A stretch of 64,000 nt of DNA from a virus. Shown one piece after another: positions 1 to 11,200 of the stretch. Position 1 is the first letter of the stretch, and each line of letters opens with the position of its first letter. The position numbers were made by a program, and so were the translations under genes. The notes below the pieces were generated by a model that did not search any database, was not told the origin of the DNA, and was given only the letters and a program-made list of their open reading frames with translations. The stretch spans positions 39,318-103,317 of IMG/VR virus record IMGVR_UViG_3300042940_003205; one strand, given 5' to 3'.

Positions 1-2918
1 TAACTTATTGCTGTTAATGGTCTTATAACACCGTACAAAGTGTAGTTTCCAGCATTGTCAAATACTTTTTTTCTTTCAAATGTAATATCTTCTAAGAACC
101 AACTTTCAGCGTTAGAGTTATAGTAGAAAATTTTACTTTGTCTATCATTTGGATTTTCAGAAATTTTACTACTAATAAATCCATCAGTAGCACTATATAA
201 TGTTCCATCGTGGTAAGTGAATAACCTAATTCCACCTGTTGAAGGAAGAACTACAGATTGATTAAAATCAATTACTTTATAGTTTGTGGGCTCATATTTT
301 TCACCAACAATGAAAGATACATCTGAATATCCAACTAAAGAATTTCCAGCATCATTATATAATTTTCCAAACTGAATGTATGGGTGATCATAATCATTAG
401 AATTAGCTGTCGAATCTAAATATTTCGGATTATATGTGTCTAGAGAAATAAAATTTTTCTTTTCAATAAATGGATTTTTTTGTTGACCAAGATAAATCTT
501 TATATCTCTATCTTCAACAATCCATCTTATTTTAGAAAGCTTGTTATTAATATCAAAGACATCTTCGTTAGATTGAATCTGTATTAAATCTATAAAAATT
601 TCGTCTGGTCTCTCATTATTTTCTGGAAGATCTGTAAACTCTATCTGCAATTTCCCAATAGTTCCCTTCCAAATAGGTGAGATTTTATATTGAATATAAT
701 CATCAGATGTATGTAATGCTGTTTCTGCGCTTATGTTAAAAATTCCACCATCATAAGCCCAATAAGCTTTGATCTTTCCAAGACACAACACTTTTGATTT
801 TGGTTTCGCTTTGACACGAATTGAAATAACTGAATTTAAATCAACATCCAAACTCAAGTTATCAATAACTATGGATGGGTTGCCAGTCAAAGCTGGAATA
901 ATTTTTAAGACATATTTGCTATATGAATCATTGAAAACATCATAGTTTATTTCTGTAGTTGCTGTTAGTTCTGTGATAAATTGACCAATAGCCCAAGACT
1001 GTACATCAGAAGAAACTGTACCGTTAGAAACAGAATAGAACTGCCAATCTGCTACTAGACCAGTTGTTGTTAAAGTCTTTTCAACAGAATTCATTCCACT
1101 TGATAATTTCAATGTTGTAGAATTGAATTCTATAGAGTATTGACCGTAAAGATCTGCAATTTGGAAACCTTGATATCCAATAAGTGAATTTGTTGGAATT
1201 TGTTCTGAACTATTTAATGTAGTTTCATTACGCAAATCTGATGAAGTGGCGGCTTGACTTGTATTTAAGTTTATAACTTTAGTTTCAAATGTGTAACTTG
1301 GTTTATAAACAACAAAATTTCCAGATAATAAATAATTAGAATAATTTAATAAATATCTATTTCCTGTGTTGATATATCCTGTTTCAATGTAAAAACCTAA
1401 AACTGTACTACCCGAAACGATGTATTGTGTAATATTTACTAATGATGGAGTATTATTGACCCCATTATAAACATAGACACCATTATAAATACCATTAGTG
1501 CCAGATGAAGTTTGATCTTTTAGTAGAAACAAGTCATTTATTACAAGATCGTGTCCATCAATTGAAGTGAAATTATTCCAACTTGATATTGCTTCCCAAG
1601 ATGCGCATTTCACATCAATATAGTTTTGGCTTGGAAGATTAGCTCTTAATAGTTGTTCCCAATCAGATCCTTCAGAAATTTCATATAATCTAGATCCAAA
1701 AGCAGTAGCACCAGTAGAAGATACTGTATTTCCCTTAATTACCAAAAATTCGTTAAATTGTTTAGGATTGTTATCTTGTGGAAATCTTGCAATAGCTACA
1801 TTGTCATCATTTCTAGATAAGATATTGCTGTCATATGAATAATATTGTGCTGGAGCTGGATCATTCATAAAAACTTCATCAAACCTTATAGTAGTCCAAC
1901 TTTCATCAGTTTCTGGATTTGATAATGGTATTTCAGAATAGGACCAAATTTCTGGCTTTTTGTCTATTCCAGCTAATACTTGGTTTTTTCCAACTGATAA
2001 GCATCTAATACCAAAATCTATTGCTTCATAATCAGTAATATTGTTTGAAATGATGGTAGATGTTTCTAAAGATTCTGTTTCAGTTTCTTTAATAATCACT
2101 TCTTCTGTAATTAAATTTGTAGGCTCTGATAATGAAATTGAAAGTGATCTTGAATATCTGTGTATTTTTTTATTTAAACAACCCAAGAATAATTTATTGT
2201 AAGCAGAAACCATAGAAAGAATGCCACCAGAATTTGAAGCTAATTCTCCAGATGGATAAACTTGCTCCCATTGACTTCCACTATATGCAGTGCTTAATTT
2301 CGATCTAAATAATCTTGGTAATTGATCAGAAGCAACATACAAATATGATTCAGCTTCGTGTTCAAATTTATGTGTAATCATAGATGAAGCGGATAAATCT
2401 ACACTATTTTCTTGAAGAATAAAAATAGGCCCACTTACATATTCGCCATTATAAAACCAAATTTTTCCAGATACACCAGCTAAATAAATTCCGTCATCAG
2501 AAGCAATCATAGAAGTAATTGCTCTTTCACCCTGATTAGAAAAGTCAATAATTTTTTCAAAAGATACAAGATTAGCTGTATGTATTGAAGCGTAATATCT
2601 TTCTAAAACTACATTGATAGTAGAAGCAGTAATAGGAGTTTGGAAAATTAGATAATTCTTATAATCATCAACACCATAATTTACAGAAGAGTTTACAGTA
2701 AGTTCGTCTTGTGAATTTACTTTGTAGATTCTTCCTAAATCATCTGAATTGGTGCCAACAAGTTTAAAAGCAGTTCCAGCAGCGTAGGCAGGATCTAAAC
2801 TGTCTACTAAGGAAATATTTGTAATTCTTTTCTTTGTGATTCCAGAAAAGTATAATATTTTCTCGCTATCGTTAGGACCTTTCCAAGAACAACTAGCAGT
2901 AAAAATTGTTGGCACCAT
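1..2918 (-). CDS. Large virion structural/tail-fibre-like protein, 3' end runs off the window (>970 aa); absent from the ORF track
   Basis: ATG at 2918 overlaps the upstream TAA (TAATG). My translation begins MVPTIFTASCSWKGPNDSEK and is in the same frame at the window edge (...RPLTAIS). It contains propeller-like segments (IYLAGVSGKIWFYNG, MVSAYNKLFLG) and the fibre motif SIDGHDLVINDLFLLKDQTSSGTNGIY. Confidence 0.8.
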   Translation of the reverse strand, partial: MVPTIFTASCSWKGPNDSEKILYFSGITKKRITNISLVDSLDPAYAAGTAFKLVGTNSDDLGRIYKVNSQDELTVNSSVNYGVDDYKNYLIFQTPITASTINVVLERYYASIHTANLVSFEKIIDFSNQGERAITSMIASDDGIYLAGVSGKIWFYNGEYVSGPIFILQENSVDLSASSMITHKFEHEAESYLYVASDQLPRLFRSKLSTAYSGSQWEQVYPSGELASNSGGILSMVSAYNKLFLGCLNKKIHRYSRSLSISLSEPTNLITEEVIIKETETESLETSTIISNNITDYEAIDFGIRCLSVGKNQVLAGIDKKPEIWSYSEIPLSNPETDESWTTIRFDEVFMNDPAPAQYYSYDSNILSRNDDNVAIARFPQDNNPKQFNEFLVIKGNTVSSTGATAFGSRLYEISEGSDWEQLLRANLPSQNYIDVKCASWEAISSWNNFTSIDGHDLVINDLFLLKDQTSSGTNGIYNGVYVYNGVNNTPSLVNITQYIVSGSTVLGFYIETGYINTGNRYLLNYSNYLLSGNFVVYKPSYTFETKVINLNTSQAATSSDLRNETTLNSSEQIPTNSLIGYQGFQIADLYGQYSIEFNSTTLKLSSGMNSVEKTLTTTGLVADWQFYSVSNGTVSSDVQSWAIGQFITELTATTEINYDVFNDSYSKYVLKIIPALTGNPSIVIDNLSLDVDLNSVISIRVKAKPKSKVLCLGKIKAYWAYDGGIFNISAETALHTSDDYIQYKISPIWKGTIGKLQIEFTDLPENNERPDEIFIDLIQIQSNEDVFDINNKLSKIRWIVEDRDIKIYLGQQKNPFIEKKNFISLDTYNPKYLDSTANSNDYDHPYIQFGKLYNDAGNSLVGYSDVSFIVGEKYEPTNYKVIDFNQSVVLPSTGGIRLFTYHDGTLYSATDGFISSKISENPNDRQSKIFYYNSNAESWFLEDITFERKKVFDNAGNYTLYGVIRPLTAIS

Positions 2919-5900
2919 TATACTTTTGGTCTCCTAATTGCATTCCACTTAACTTCAGGTTGTGTAATATTATTTCCAAAATCTCTAAATTTAATTTCGA
3001 CTTTTTTAACTCCATCACTTTCGCCTGTAAAATCAACCTTTACATATGAAGAGTAAGGTATCCATTCTGACCAATCACCATTTCCAGAATCTAATAATCT
3101 TCTTATTTGGAAGTCTTTTATGCCAGTTACTAAGTCAAAACCATCAATTTTCATCCAAGATTCAGGCAAGTTAGATAAAAAAGTTTCTTGATTTGTTTTA
3201 GGATTAAAGAAATTAACTGTTCCATAAGGTTCTTGTGTGTCAACTAATGCTTGAGAAGTGGCGACAAAACTTAATGGATTAGATTCAGAAACATTACCCA
3301 TATAATCCATTAATTGCACCCAGATTTTTCTTTGACCAGAAAATCCAATATTTTGATTTTGGAATGCTGTGTTTTGTGGTCCTAATGCATAATAATTCAA
3401 ATGACCATAAAGATATAAATAATATGAATTTTCGCTGTTAATTATAAATTTATTCCAGGGTAACCAAGATGTGTAGTTTATAAAAGAATTATCTATTTCT
3501 TTTCCAACTCTAAATGCAAGAATTCCAGAGTCATTATCTTCTGCTTGAATTGATAATTGCACCATTCTCAGAGTAGATTCTGTAGCAACCAAAATGTTCG
3601 GTGCTTGTCCAAGATAAGATGGAGCATTAATGTCAACTCTTGATACGCTACTTAATTTAGTAGGGTAACTTGAAATATTACCGTGAGAAATTGCTCTCAC
3701 TCTATACTGGATTGCATTATTTTGAGTAGAATTAGCTGCCTTTTCCTCATATTTAGTATGAAGTTTATGCCAAAGGTTGTTTGCTCTTCTATATCCAGTA
3801 AATTCGCCATTTTGAATATAGTCAACATCAGAAAGTTCTATACCATTAGCTCTGCCAAGTGCTGAGTTAAACGGTGCAGATATAGCTACCCAAATTACAT
3901 CAGATTGAGAAATATTACTATTCCAATCTGAATCATCTAATTTCACTTGAACTAAATTATTATTAGGACTATTGGTAAATCCTGCTAGAAATGGATTGTA
4001 AGAAATAGATTTCCAAGATGTCAATGGATTACTGTAGTCTGGTAAAGAACCAATATTTCCAAAGAATCTTATTTTTAATTGGTCCATTGGGAAAGATTTA
4101 TCATTAGCATCCCAATGTAATTTAAATTCAAATAATTTTGGTTTTGTTGAAGATACAAAACTTGAAATTTCACCAATAGTTATAGATTTAAAGAAAGTAG
4201 TGCTTATAAATCTGTCAACTAAATTACCATTGAATGTAACATTGGATTTGTACCAATTTGTGTTAGCATTTATGGTTCCTCCAGTAACTCTCAAAGGCAT
4301 ATTGTAATCTGTAGTGGTTATAGCGAATCCTGAAACAGATTTGATATAAACTCCATTTTCAGTGTTGTCTATTTGATCTTTGACAAGAATCTTACTTCCA
4401 ACTGTTAGAGATGACAGTGCAGTTCCATCGATTGTCAAAGAAGTTATGTTAGTAATTGAAATATTAGTACCAGTAGTTGTTAAAGAAATCTGATCTGGAG
4501 TTGGTTGTGTAGCACTAAATGTCAAATTAGAAGTTCCTAAAGTAATAGGATCAGGTGTTGTTAAATACCATTTTGTACTAGCCAAATTATAATCCATTGG
4601 AATTCTAACAAGCATTCCTGGATAAACTTCTTCGCTAGCATTCATTTCAGAAACTCTATCTAATCTCCAAGTTGTTGTTGCTGTTCCAACTCTTGATTGA
4701 TAATAAACGCCATTTTGTGATGTAGTTGCTTGACCTGCTACAAAGACATAATCTGATGTAGACGTTACAAAACCACCATTTAAAACTAAAGTGCCAGCAG
4801 TTCCAGCACTCAATCTATTAGATGAATATGTTGGAGTGTTTGGTAATGGTGTGAAACTATAATATTTAGCATCAAGAGTTAATTTTGGTAAAGTACTTGC
4901 AGTCTCATATTGAAAGTCAATTAAGTCAGTTAGCCCACTTAATAATTTTTGACCCAAATAGTGCTTTGAATTTGTAAATCCTTCGTCTGACAAAAGTGTA
5001 GTTTTGATTGTACTATCATTATCAAATTGCTCTTTGAACAAATTGGGAATTCCAGACCATTTAAGATCTTGGAAATATGTAGAGCCATCAGAATTATAAG
5101 AGCTTTTTCTTACACCAAAACTAGCAAAATAGCCTAATCCTGAAGTGTTTGAGTTGATAGGTAAAAGCATATCAACAACACCAACAACATTGATACCACT
5201 TCCGGTAAGTTCCTTAACTAGCAAGAATGTTCCAGTATATGTTTTGTTCTTGAATCTACCAGTGTAAGAATTTGGTAATTGATCTGTAATTTCAAATAAG
5301 AATTTTGTAATATCTGCTTGAGGCTGATATGATCTTAATACTTGTCTCTTAAGTTTGTTATCTTCGCCTCTGTAGGAAACAGAAATTTCATTCTTTTCTC
5401 CACTAAACTTAACTAAAATAGTTGGAGCATTAAGTGGAGCATCAGAATAAGCAAATCCATCATCACATCTTACGCCAAAAGGTCTATCCCAATTTACGGT
5501 GAGATTGTTCTGAGTATGTGATCTGTATGAGGAAACTGAACTAAAAGCAACATATACATCATCAGATCCGTGTTTGAAAGCTAATTCAAATCTACATCTG
5601 TTGCTTAAGGATGGTTTATATAATTGAAGTTCATAATGTACTGGAACTGCATATGTCCCTGTGCTATCCAACTTGTCAATTTCATATAACTGAGGGGTAA
5701 CATTAGTAGTGAAAGTTAAATCAGAAGGAGCATCAGTAAGTACAATAAAATCTTCATTTACAGAATCACTCCAGCCATACTCGATTTCTGTCACTGGTGA
5801 ATTAATAATTGATATGTCATCATTAGTACAGTCACCAATGTCAATAGAAAGTTTAGATTTTCCCTGAGCTATAAATAGCTCCTCAAGAACTAATCCGCCA

Positions 5901-7270
5901 GAAAAAGTTGTTCCTGTAGCTTGGGAAATTTGATAGCCGAAAGCACTACCTACAGATGAACTACCAAAAGATGTCAAAATAGCATTGCCTAACAAATAAC
6001 TCTTCTTTGATGCTACAGATTGATCTAAATATGGTGTGTAATAAGCTTCTACCATACATAAATTTGTAGTACCCATTGAGGAGTAATACATTTCCATAAC
6101 ACCGCCGGATTGTAATAACGGTAGAATACTGTGAGGTAATGTAGTAGTTTGTTTGCTAGCACTGTCTGAACCATTTATTCTTGTGTAAAGATATGCTATA
6201 GGATTGTCATTGTTTGGTATATCTACTCTACAAACAATTTCATTACCATTTGCACTTGTATCAGGAGCAGCATAAAGTTTCATAAATGCTTGTGAAGTTA
6301 CTGCAACTCCAGAAGTTGTGAATGAAAATCCAGCTTGTGTATAGAAATCAGTTTTGTTTGTAGATGATGCTAATTTTGTTCTGCTGTAGAAAAATGCACC
6401 TTTACCATAACTTGCACTTGTTAGTCCAATGTTTGCACCTAAAGAAAGTGATGAAGAAGAATAATTTCCATCAAAATATCTAAATGTATTAAGGGTTGTA
6501 GATGCTATTGAAGCTGATGGGATAAGTGTTCTTTTGACACTATTACGAGCAGAATAAGCATCGTATGTTCCACCAGTATTAGAAATTTCATATACACTTG
6601 CTACATATCTTCCAATTCCTGAAGATTCTGTTTGTGCTGCTACTTGATTTCCACTTACAAAAGATAAGAGTGTATTTTTGCCAGTATATCCAGTTTTTGC
6701 ACTTGGAATTTCTGGAAAATCAGGATTTACGGGTATTTGTCCTTCCCACCTAATTTGATCAAAAATTCCATAACCCATTGGATACTCAATATCGGTACCA
6801 TTGGGGCCTTCAAGCACTGCCTTCATATAAACAGTTGAAAGACCACCAGATGCGCTTAAAGGCCAATTGTAAACCTTGAATAAACCAGTACCAGCTATTG
6901 GAGCGGCCATTGTTCCTTGATTTAATGTGGTGTCAAAGAAATATAATGGGTTTAAGGTGTACTCATAGTCATAGTCAGGATCATAAACATAAGAGCTTGA
7001 GGGCCAGTTAGATATGGCTATAGTTGATGTTGAATCAAATTCTGGATCATTTGAAAGATACAGAGTTTTTATTCTTCTTAAATAGGATAACTCACGGGTG
7101 CCACTATCTCTTACTTCAAAACTAAAAGTAAGAGTATTTTTATTATTATCAAGTGTAGGATCTTTAGAATATGAATTGCTAGAGTAAGGTTCACCTAGAT
7201 TAATAAATTCAGATTGAAGATATCCACTTGTAAGATTATTGGGTAAAATTATTGAAACGTTATATGGCAC
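2918..7270 (-). CDS. Tail fibre/baseplate-associated structural protein (1450 aa) with Ig-like modules
   Basis: Two copies of the fibre motif (VFVAGQATTSQNGVY; TIDGTALSSLTVGSKILVKDQIDNTENGVY). Ig-like modules ending in WVQLMDYMGNVS and VEIKFRDFGNN. S/T/G-rich. GTG start. Confidence 0.7.
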   Translation of the reverse strand: MPYNVSIILPNNLTSGYLQSEFINLGEPYSSNSYSKDPTLDNNKNTLTFSFEVRDSGTRELSYLRRIKTLYLSNDPEFDSTSTIAISNWPSSSYVYDPDYDYEYTLNPLYFFDTTLNQGTMAAPIAGTGLFKVYNWPLSASGGLSTVYMKAVLEGPNGTDIEYPMGYGIFDQIRWEGQIPVNPDFPEIPSAKTGYTGKNTLLSFVSGNQVAAQTESSGIGRYVASVYEISNTGGTYDAYSARNSVKRTLIPSASIASTTLNTFRYFDGNYSSSSLSLGANIGLTSASYGKGAFFYSRTKLASSTNKTDFYTQAGFSFTTSGVAVTSQAFMKLYAAPDTSANGNEIVCRVDIPNNDNPIAYLYTRINGSDSASKQTTTLPHSILPLLQSGGVMEMYYSSMGTTNLCMVEAYYTPYLDQSVASKKSYLLGNAILTSFGSSSVGSAFGYQISQATGTTFSGGLVLEELFIAQGKSKLSIDIGDCTNDDISIINSPVTEIEYGWSDSVNEDFIVLTDAPSDLTFTTNVTPQLYEIDKLDSTGTYAVPVHYELQLYKPSLSNRCRFELAFKHGSDDVYVAFSSVSSYRSHTQNNLTVNWDRPFGVRCDDGFAYSDAPLNAPTILVKFSGEKNEISVSYRGEDNKLKRQVLRSYQPQADITKFLFEITDQLPNSYTGRFKNKTYTGTFLLVKELTGSGINVVGVVDMLLPINSNTSGLGYFASFGVRKSSYNSDGSTYFQDLKWSGIPNLFKEQFDNDSTIKTTLLSDEGFTNSKHYLGQKLLSGLTDLIDFQYETASTLPKLTLDAKYYSFTPLPNTPTYSSNRLSAGTAGTLVLNGGFVTSTSDYVFVAGQATTSQNGVYYQSRVGTATTTWRLDRVSEMNASEEVYPGMLVRIPMDYNLASTKWYLTTPDPITLGTSNLTFSATQPTPDQISLTTTGTNISITNITSLTIDGTALSSLTVGSKILVKDQIDNTENGVYIKSVSGFAITTTDYNMPLRVTGGTINANTNWYKSNVTFNGNLVDRFISTTFFKSITIGEISSFVSSTKPKLFEFKLHWDANDKSFPMDQLKIRFFGNIGSLPDYSNPLTSWKSISYNPFLAGFTNSPNNNLVQVKLDDSDWNSNISQSDVIWVAISAPFNSALGRANGIELSDVDYIQNGEFTGYRRANNLWHKLHTKYEEKAANSTQNNAIQYRVRAISHGNISSYPTKLSSVSRVDINAPSYLGQAPNILVATESTLRMVQLSIQAEDNDSGILAFRVGKEIDNSFINYTSWLPWNKFIINSENSYYLYLYGHLNYYALGPQNTAFQNQNIGFSGQRKIWVQLMDYMGNVSESNPLSFVATSQALVDTQEPYGTVNFFNPKTNQETFLSNLPESWMKIDGFDLVTGIKDFQIRRLLDSGNGDWSEWIPYSSYVKVDFTGESDGVKKVEIKFRDFGNNITQPEVKWNAIRRPKV

Positions 7271-7302
7271 TTGTAACCACCGCTAAACAGGGAATATTAA
7301 AA

Positions 7303-7329
7303 TATTCTTTGCCAGCCGATGTAGCCCCT
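7303..7329 (-). promoter_or_regulatory. Candidate phage promoter AGG-N19-GAATA
   Basis: The minus strand reads tAGGggctacatcggctggcaaaGAATAtttt upstream of the 1450-aa gene. The same spacing recurs at about 33,080 and about 36,560. Confidence 0.35.
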
Positions 7330-8293
7330 ATAAAAGTTGAAAATCAAACTGGAAAGGTATTGATTTTTGTACAGTTAATGGGCAATGTACATCAAAATAC
7401 ATAAATCCATCTACATAATCTATATTGTTGTATCTGCCCTGCTTATAAAAAGTGTATGAAGCAGAATACACTGATATGTCATTAGTTGAGTCAGAAGAAA
7501 CAAAATACATATCAACATACACTGGTGCTTTCACTGTATCCAGGCCATTAGGAAGATAAACCTTGAGTTGCAGATTAGGTGAAATATCTCCAGCAGAAAG
7601 AGTACTTTCTATAATTGTATTACAAAATATTTTAAAATAAATTGTTTTAGACACTGGACCAAAACCAGTATTATAATATTCGATATCATCTGTTGAAGAG
7701 TTTGCGTCAATCAATGCTGGAACAGTGGAAATAACAGGGTTTCCTTGTCTTACTGGTCTTGGCATAGACAAAGCTGAATCATCATAACTTCCAATAGAAA
7801 ATTCAGGCATTTTGCAAGTGTCATCTATAATAAATGGGTTGGTTGCATTAAAGGCTTTAAAATTTTGAGATTCAAAACTCTTAGCGAAAAAGTTTAATTC
7901 AGAAACCATCAAACTATTATCAGGTTTATCTAAAATAATGATCAATGTGTCATTAGATTCAAAACTATATTTTGTATTTTTAAAATCAATTACATAATCC
8001 TTATCACCCTTAGAAAAAATTATGTAATTATTATGGATTTCAATAATAGAATCAAACTTAAATTTAAGTGATACAAATTGGATATAAGAAATTACTTTTT
8101 CAAAATTTATTTCAAGAAAATTTTCTGAAATATTTAAATTTGCAACAGTTTGTTTTTTCAATAACAATCTTATATTGCTATCATTTTGACTAATTAAATA
8201 ATTTTTATCATAAGATATAAATTCAAATGATAAAATATTTTCATCGTCAACTACGTTTACTGTTGGTTTATTGTTTTCTATTTGAAGATTCAT
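7328..8293 (-). CDS. Hypothetical protein, probably structural (321 aa)
   Basis: Long ORF in the structural operon, beta-strand-rich, no recognised motif. Confidence 0.6.
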   Translation of the reverse strand: MNLQIENNKPTVNVVDDENILSFEFISYDKNYLISQNDSNIRLLLKKQTVANLNISENFLEINFEKVISYIQFVSLKFKFDSIIEIHNNYIIFSKGDKDYVIDFKNTKYSFESNDTLIIILDKPDNSLMVSELNFFAKSFESQNFKAFNATNPFIIDDTCKMPEFSIGSYDDSALSMPRPVRQGNPVISTVPALIDANSSTDDIEYYNTGFGPVSKTIYFKIFCNTIIESTLSAGDISPNLQLKVYLPNGLDTVKAPVYVDMYFVSSDSTNDISVYSASYTFYKQGRYNNIDYVDGFMYFDVHCPLTVQKSIPFQFDFQLL

Positions 8294-8296
8294 AAT

Positions 8297-11200
8297 TTAT
8301 TCCGATATCAAAATATTGTCATTTGAGATAATACGCATACCTTTAGGGTGGAATAACTCATTATTATCTCCCCAAGTTGATAATATTGTTCCAGAATTAT
8401 TAACTAAATGCAATCTTGAATTTGCGCCAAAGTTAATTACATCATCAGTTAAAACATAGAAGTTAGAATAGTCTGTTGCTGGTCCTGGAAGTGCTTTGAT
8501 TACATCATTATTAAATGTAAGTTTAGTTTCAATATAGCCATTAGAAACATTGTAAACTTGTAATTTTCCAGTGTCATTTGTATCTGATGCTGGGCTACCT
8601 AAAAGAACATTACCATTGGCAAGCAAATATGCAGATCCTAACTTGTTATCATAATAGTTGACAATATCTGATGTAATAGCCCATTTCAATGTTAATTCTG
8701 TGTCATCTACATAGCACAACACCGAATTGTAATGAGGTTGAGCAATTACAACAAGTGAATCTGCTTCATCATATTGAACAGAGAGTGGATTGTAGATGTT
8801 GGCAAAATATATTGGTCCTTGCAACAAATCTAAAATAATATTATCCGTTTGAGAATTTGGACCATACATTGCAGTGGTTGATACAACACCATCACCATTA
8901 TAGTCAGTAACAGAATTTACAACATTAGTAGTAGCAGGCAATCCTGTAGTAATTGTTGATGTGCCTGTAATTGATGTGCTTATACCAGCTACAAATTGTT
9001 CTGTCCTATTAGTTGTTGAGACTGTTGAAGTTGGAATAGTTGCTGACAATACTGTATTTGTATTTATAGAAGATCCAGAATTTGTAAAGCATCCTTTATC
9101 CAATCTAACCTTTTTTGTAAGAGCATTACTTATAGCTGTGTTTAAAGCAATTCCTTCAACTGTATTGTTGATAGTAAATACGTATGTTGCAGAAGAATCA
9201 AATATTGGTTCTAAATAATCGCCAGAAAGCCTAGTATCATCTCCTCTTACAGAAATGTTATTATAAGTGATATAAATTTTTGTCAAATCTACAAATGATA
9301 TATTTTGCGAGAAAGCAATATAGATTTTTCTTGTTTCTGGATTAAATGAAGCAGACAAAGCGACAAAGTCTCTGGAAGTGAGTTTAAGCCTTATATTACC
9401 TTGAATTAATTTTGTGAATACTCCATTGATATCTGTCATTATAATTCTGTCATTCTTACTATCACAAATTATATTTCCACCTGTAGGCAATGATTGATAG
9501 TCAGTAGGTGTATCCAAACCATAATTTGTAGACTTCAGAAAAATCTGATTAGGGGTAAGATAATTTCTCAAGGTTCCAGCATCAATTCCATCTTCTACTG
9601 TTGTTTCAAGAACATTACTTGCTGCAGATATTAAGTTATTGTTTCTTAAGTAAATCCAATTTCCTACGTTTGAAGTATCAAAGATTCTTAAATAGTTTGT
9701 ATTGTCTGGATTTGTAATTCCGTATCCAGCATTTTTGTTATAGTAAACATCACTTACCCAACCAAATTTTTGATTTGTAGTATCAGTAAGATTTCTGTCA
9801 TAAGTTCTAGTTGTAGCACTACCAACAGTTGAATAGTTGATTCTTAAATTATTTACAATTGGAGCTAAACTCTGAAATTCATTGGAATAAAGTGAGAACA
9901 ATACATCCAAGTATCTTCCAGTGCTTGAACTTGTATTTGGGGTAGCGATAATTACATCAGTTTCAGAAACAGTTTTAAAATTATAGAAAAGATCTGAACT
10001 AACATTAGATCTACTTTGTATAGTATATTTAGTTCCCAAAGGAACATCAATATCATACTGTATTTGATTGTATTGGGTATTTGAATCTCCAGAGTCAAAT
10101 CTCATTAAAAAATTAGCATTCTTATATCTATATGTGTCATTCCAAACGAAAACAGCAGAAGTTTGATCTGTGGTATTTCTTCTTGCTAATACTAAACTAT
10201 CATTGCTGCCTGATGCGTTAATCTGTGCATCTGTTGGGGTGAGTAATTCAAATTTTGTTTGCTTTTCAGCGTTCCACCCTTGATCTGTTGAAAAATAAAA
10301 ACCAAAACCCAAAACTGAAGATTTTAAACTACTATCACCAAAATCAGATAAATTTATAGAAGAATATGTTGCTGTTGAACCTATATATCCATAAGTTGTG
10401 TCATCAAATATCTTCACACTTGTTGCTGGAGTTATATAAATCGTCGAATATCCAGTTCCAGTATTAGGAGCAAAATCAATTTTTTGATCATATTGTAAAT
10501 TTGGATCTGTACTTCCATTACCAACAACCAAGAACATATAAATTTTACCTAAAGCTGCACCTGTTTCTCCAAGACCTGCAGAAAAACCAAATCCAACTTT
10601 AGAATTTAAATCCAAAGATACTGGTTGATTGAAAAGAGTGTAAGCATATAAACTAGTATCAACCTTTACTTTGTTTGAAGTGTAAGTAGTTGTAAAAACT
10701 AACCCTGTGTCCCAAGATCCAGTTGTGTCAAAAACGCTTGAAACTGGCTGCGTAAGTGTCAAGTAGTTCAAAGGAGTATCTATTGTGAAGCTACCTGTTG
10801 TTGCTGAGCCTGAAATAATAATATTACTAAAGAATGAGTTGGTAGTAGATCCCAAAGATGCTGCTACTGTTTTAGCTTGCAAGAAATCATTCTGTACTAC
10901 AAAAGATTTATCTCCCACAAAGCTGCTTGATGTGACAGAACCACTAATTCCTGACCCTGATGCGTTTGGAGCAGTGTCATAAATTGTTGCTAAAGTATAT
11001 TGGCTTGGTACTGATGTAGTTTGCTTAAAATTAGCAGAATTACCAGTTGAAGAGTTTGCCGAAGTGTTTGGGTAAATACCTGGAACATAAGTTAAGGTAT
11101 TTATTTGCGTTGAGTCAATAAAAGTAAATCCAACTCCACCGGATTTTTTTAAAGCTATCAACATTTGTAATCTGTTAGCTATTGAAAGATCTGACATCTT

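Noticed and set aside
7292-7307. gaatatt-aa-aatattc hairpin as a terminator
   Set aside because: Weak AT stem with a 2-nt loop and no clear U-tract. It overlaps the candidate promoter instead.
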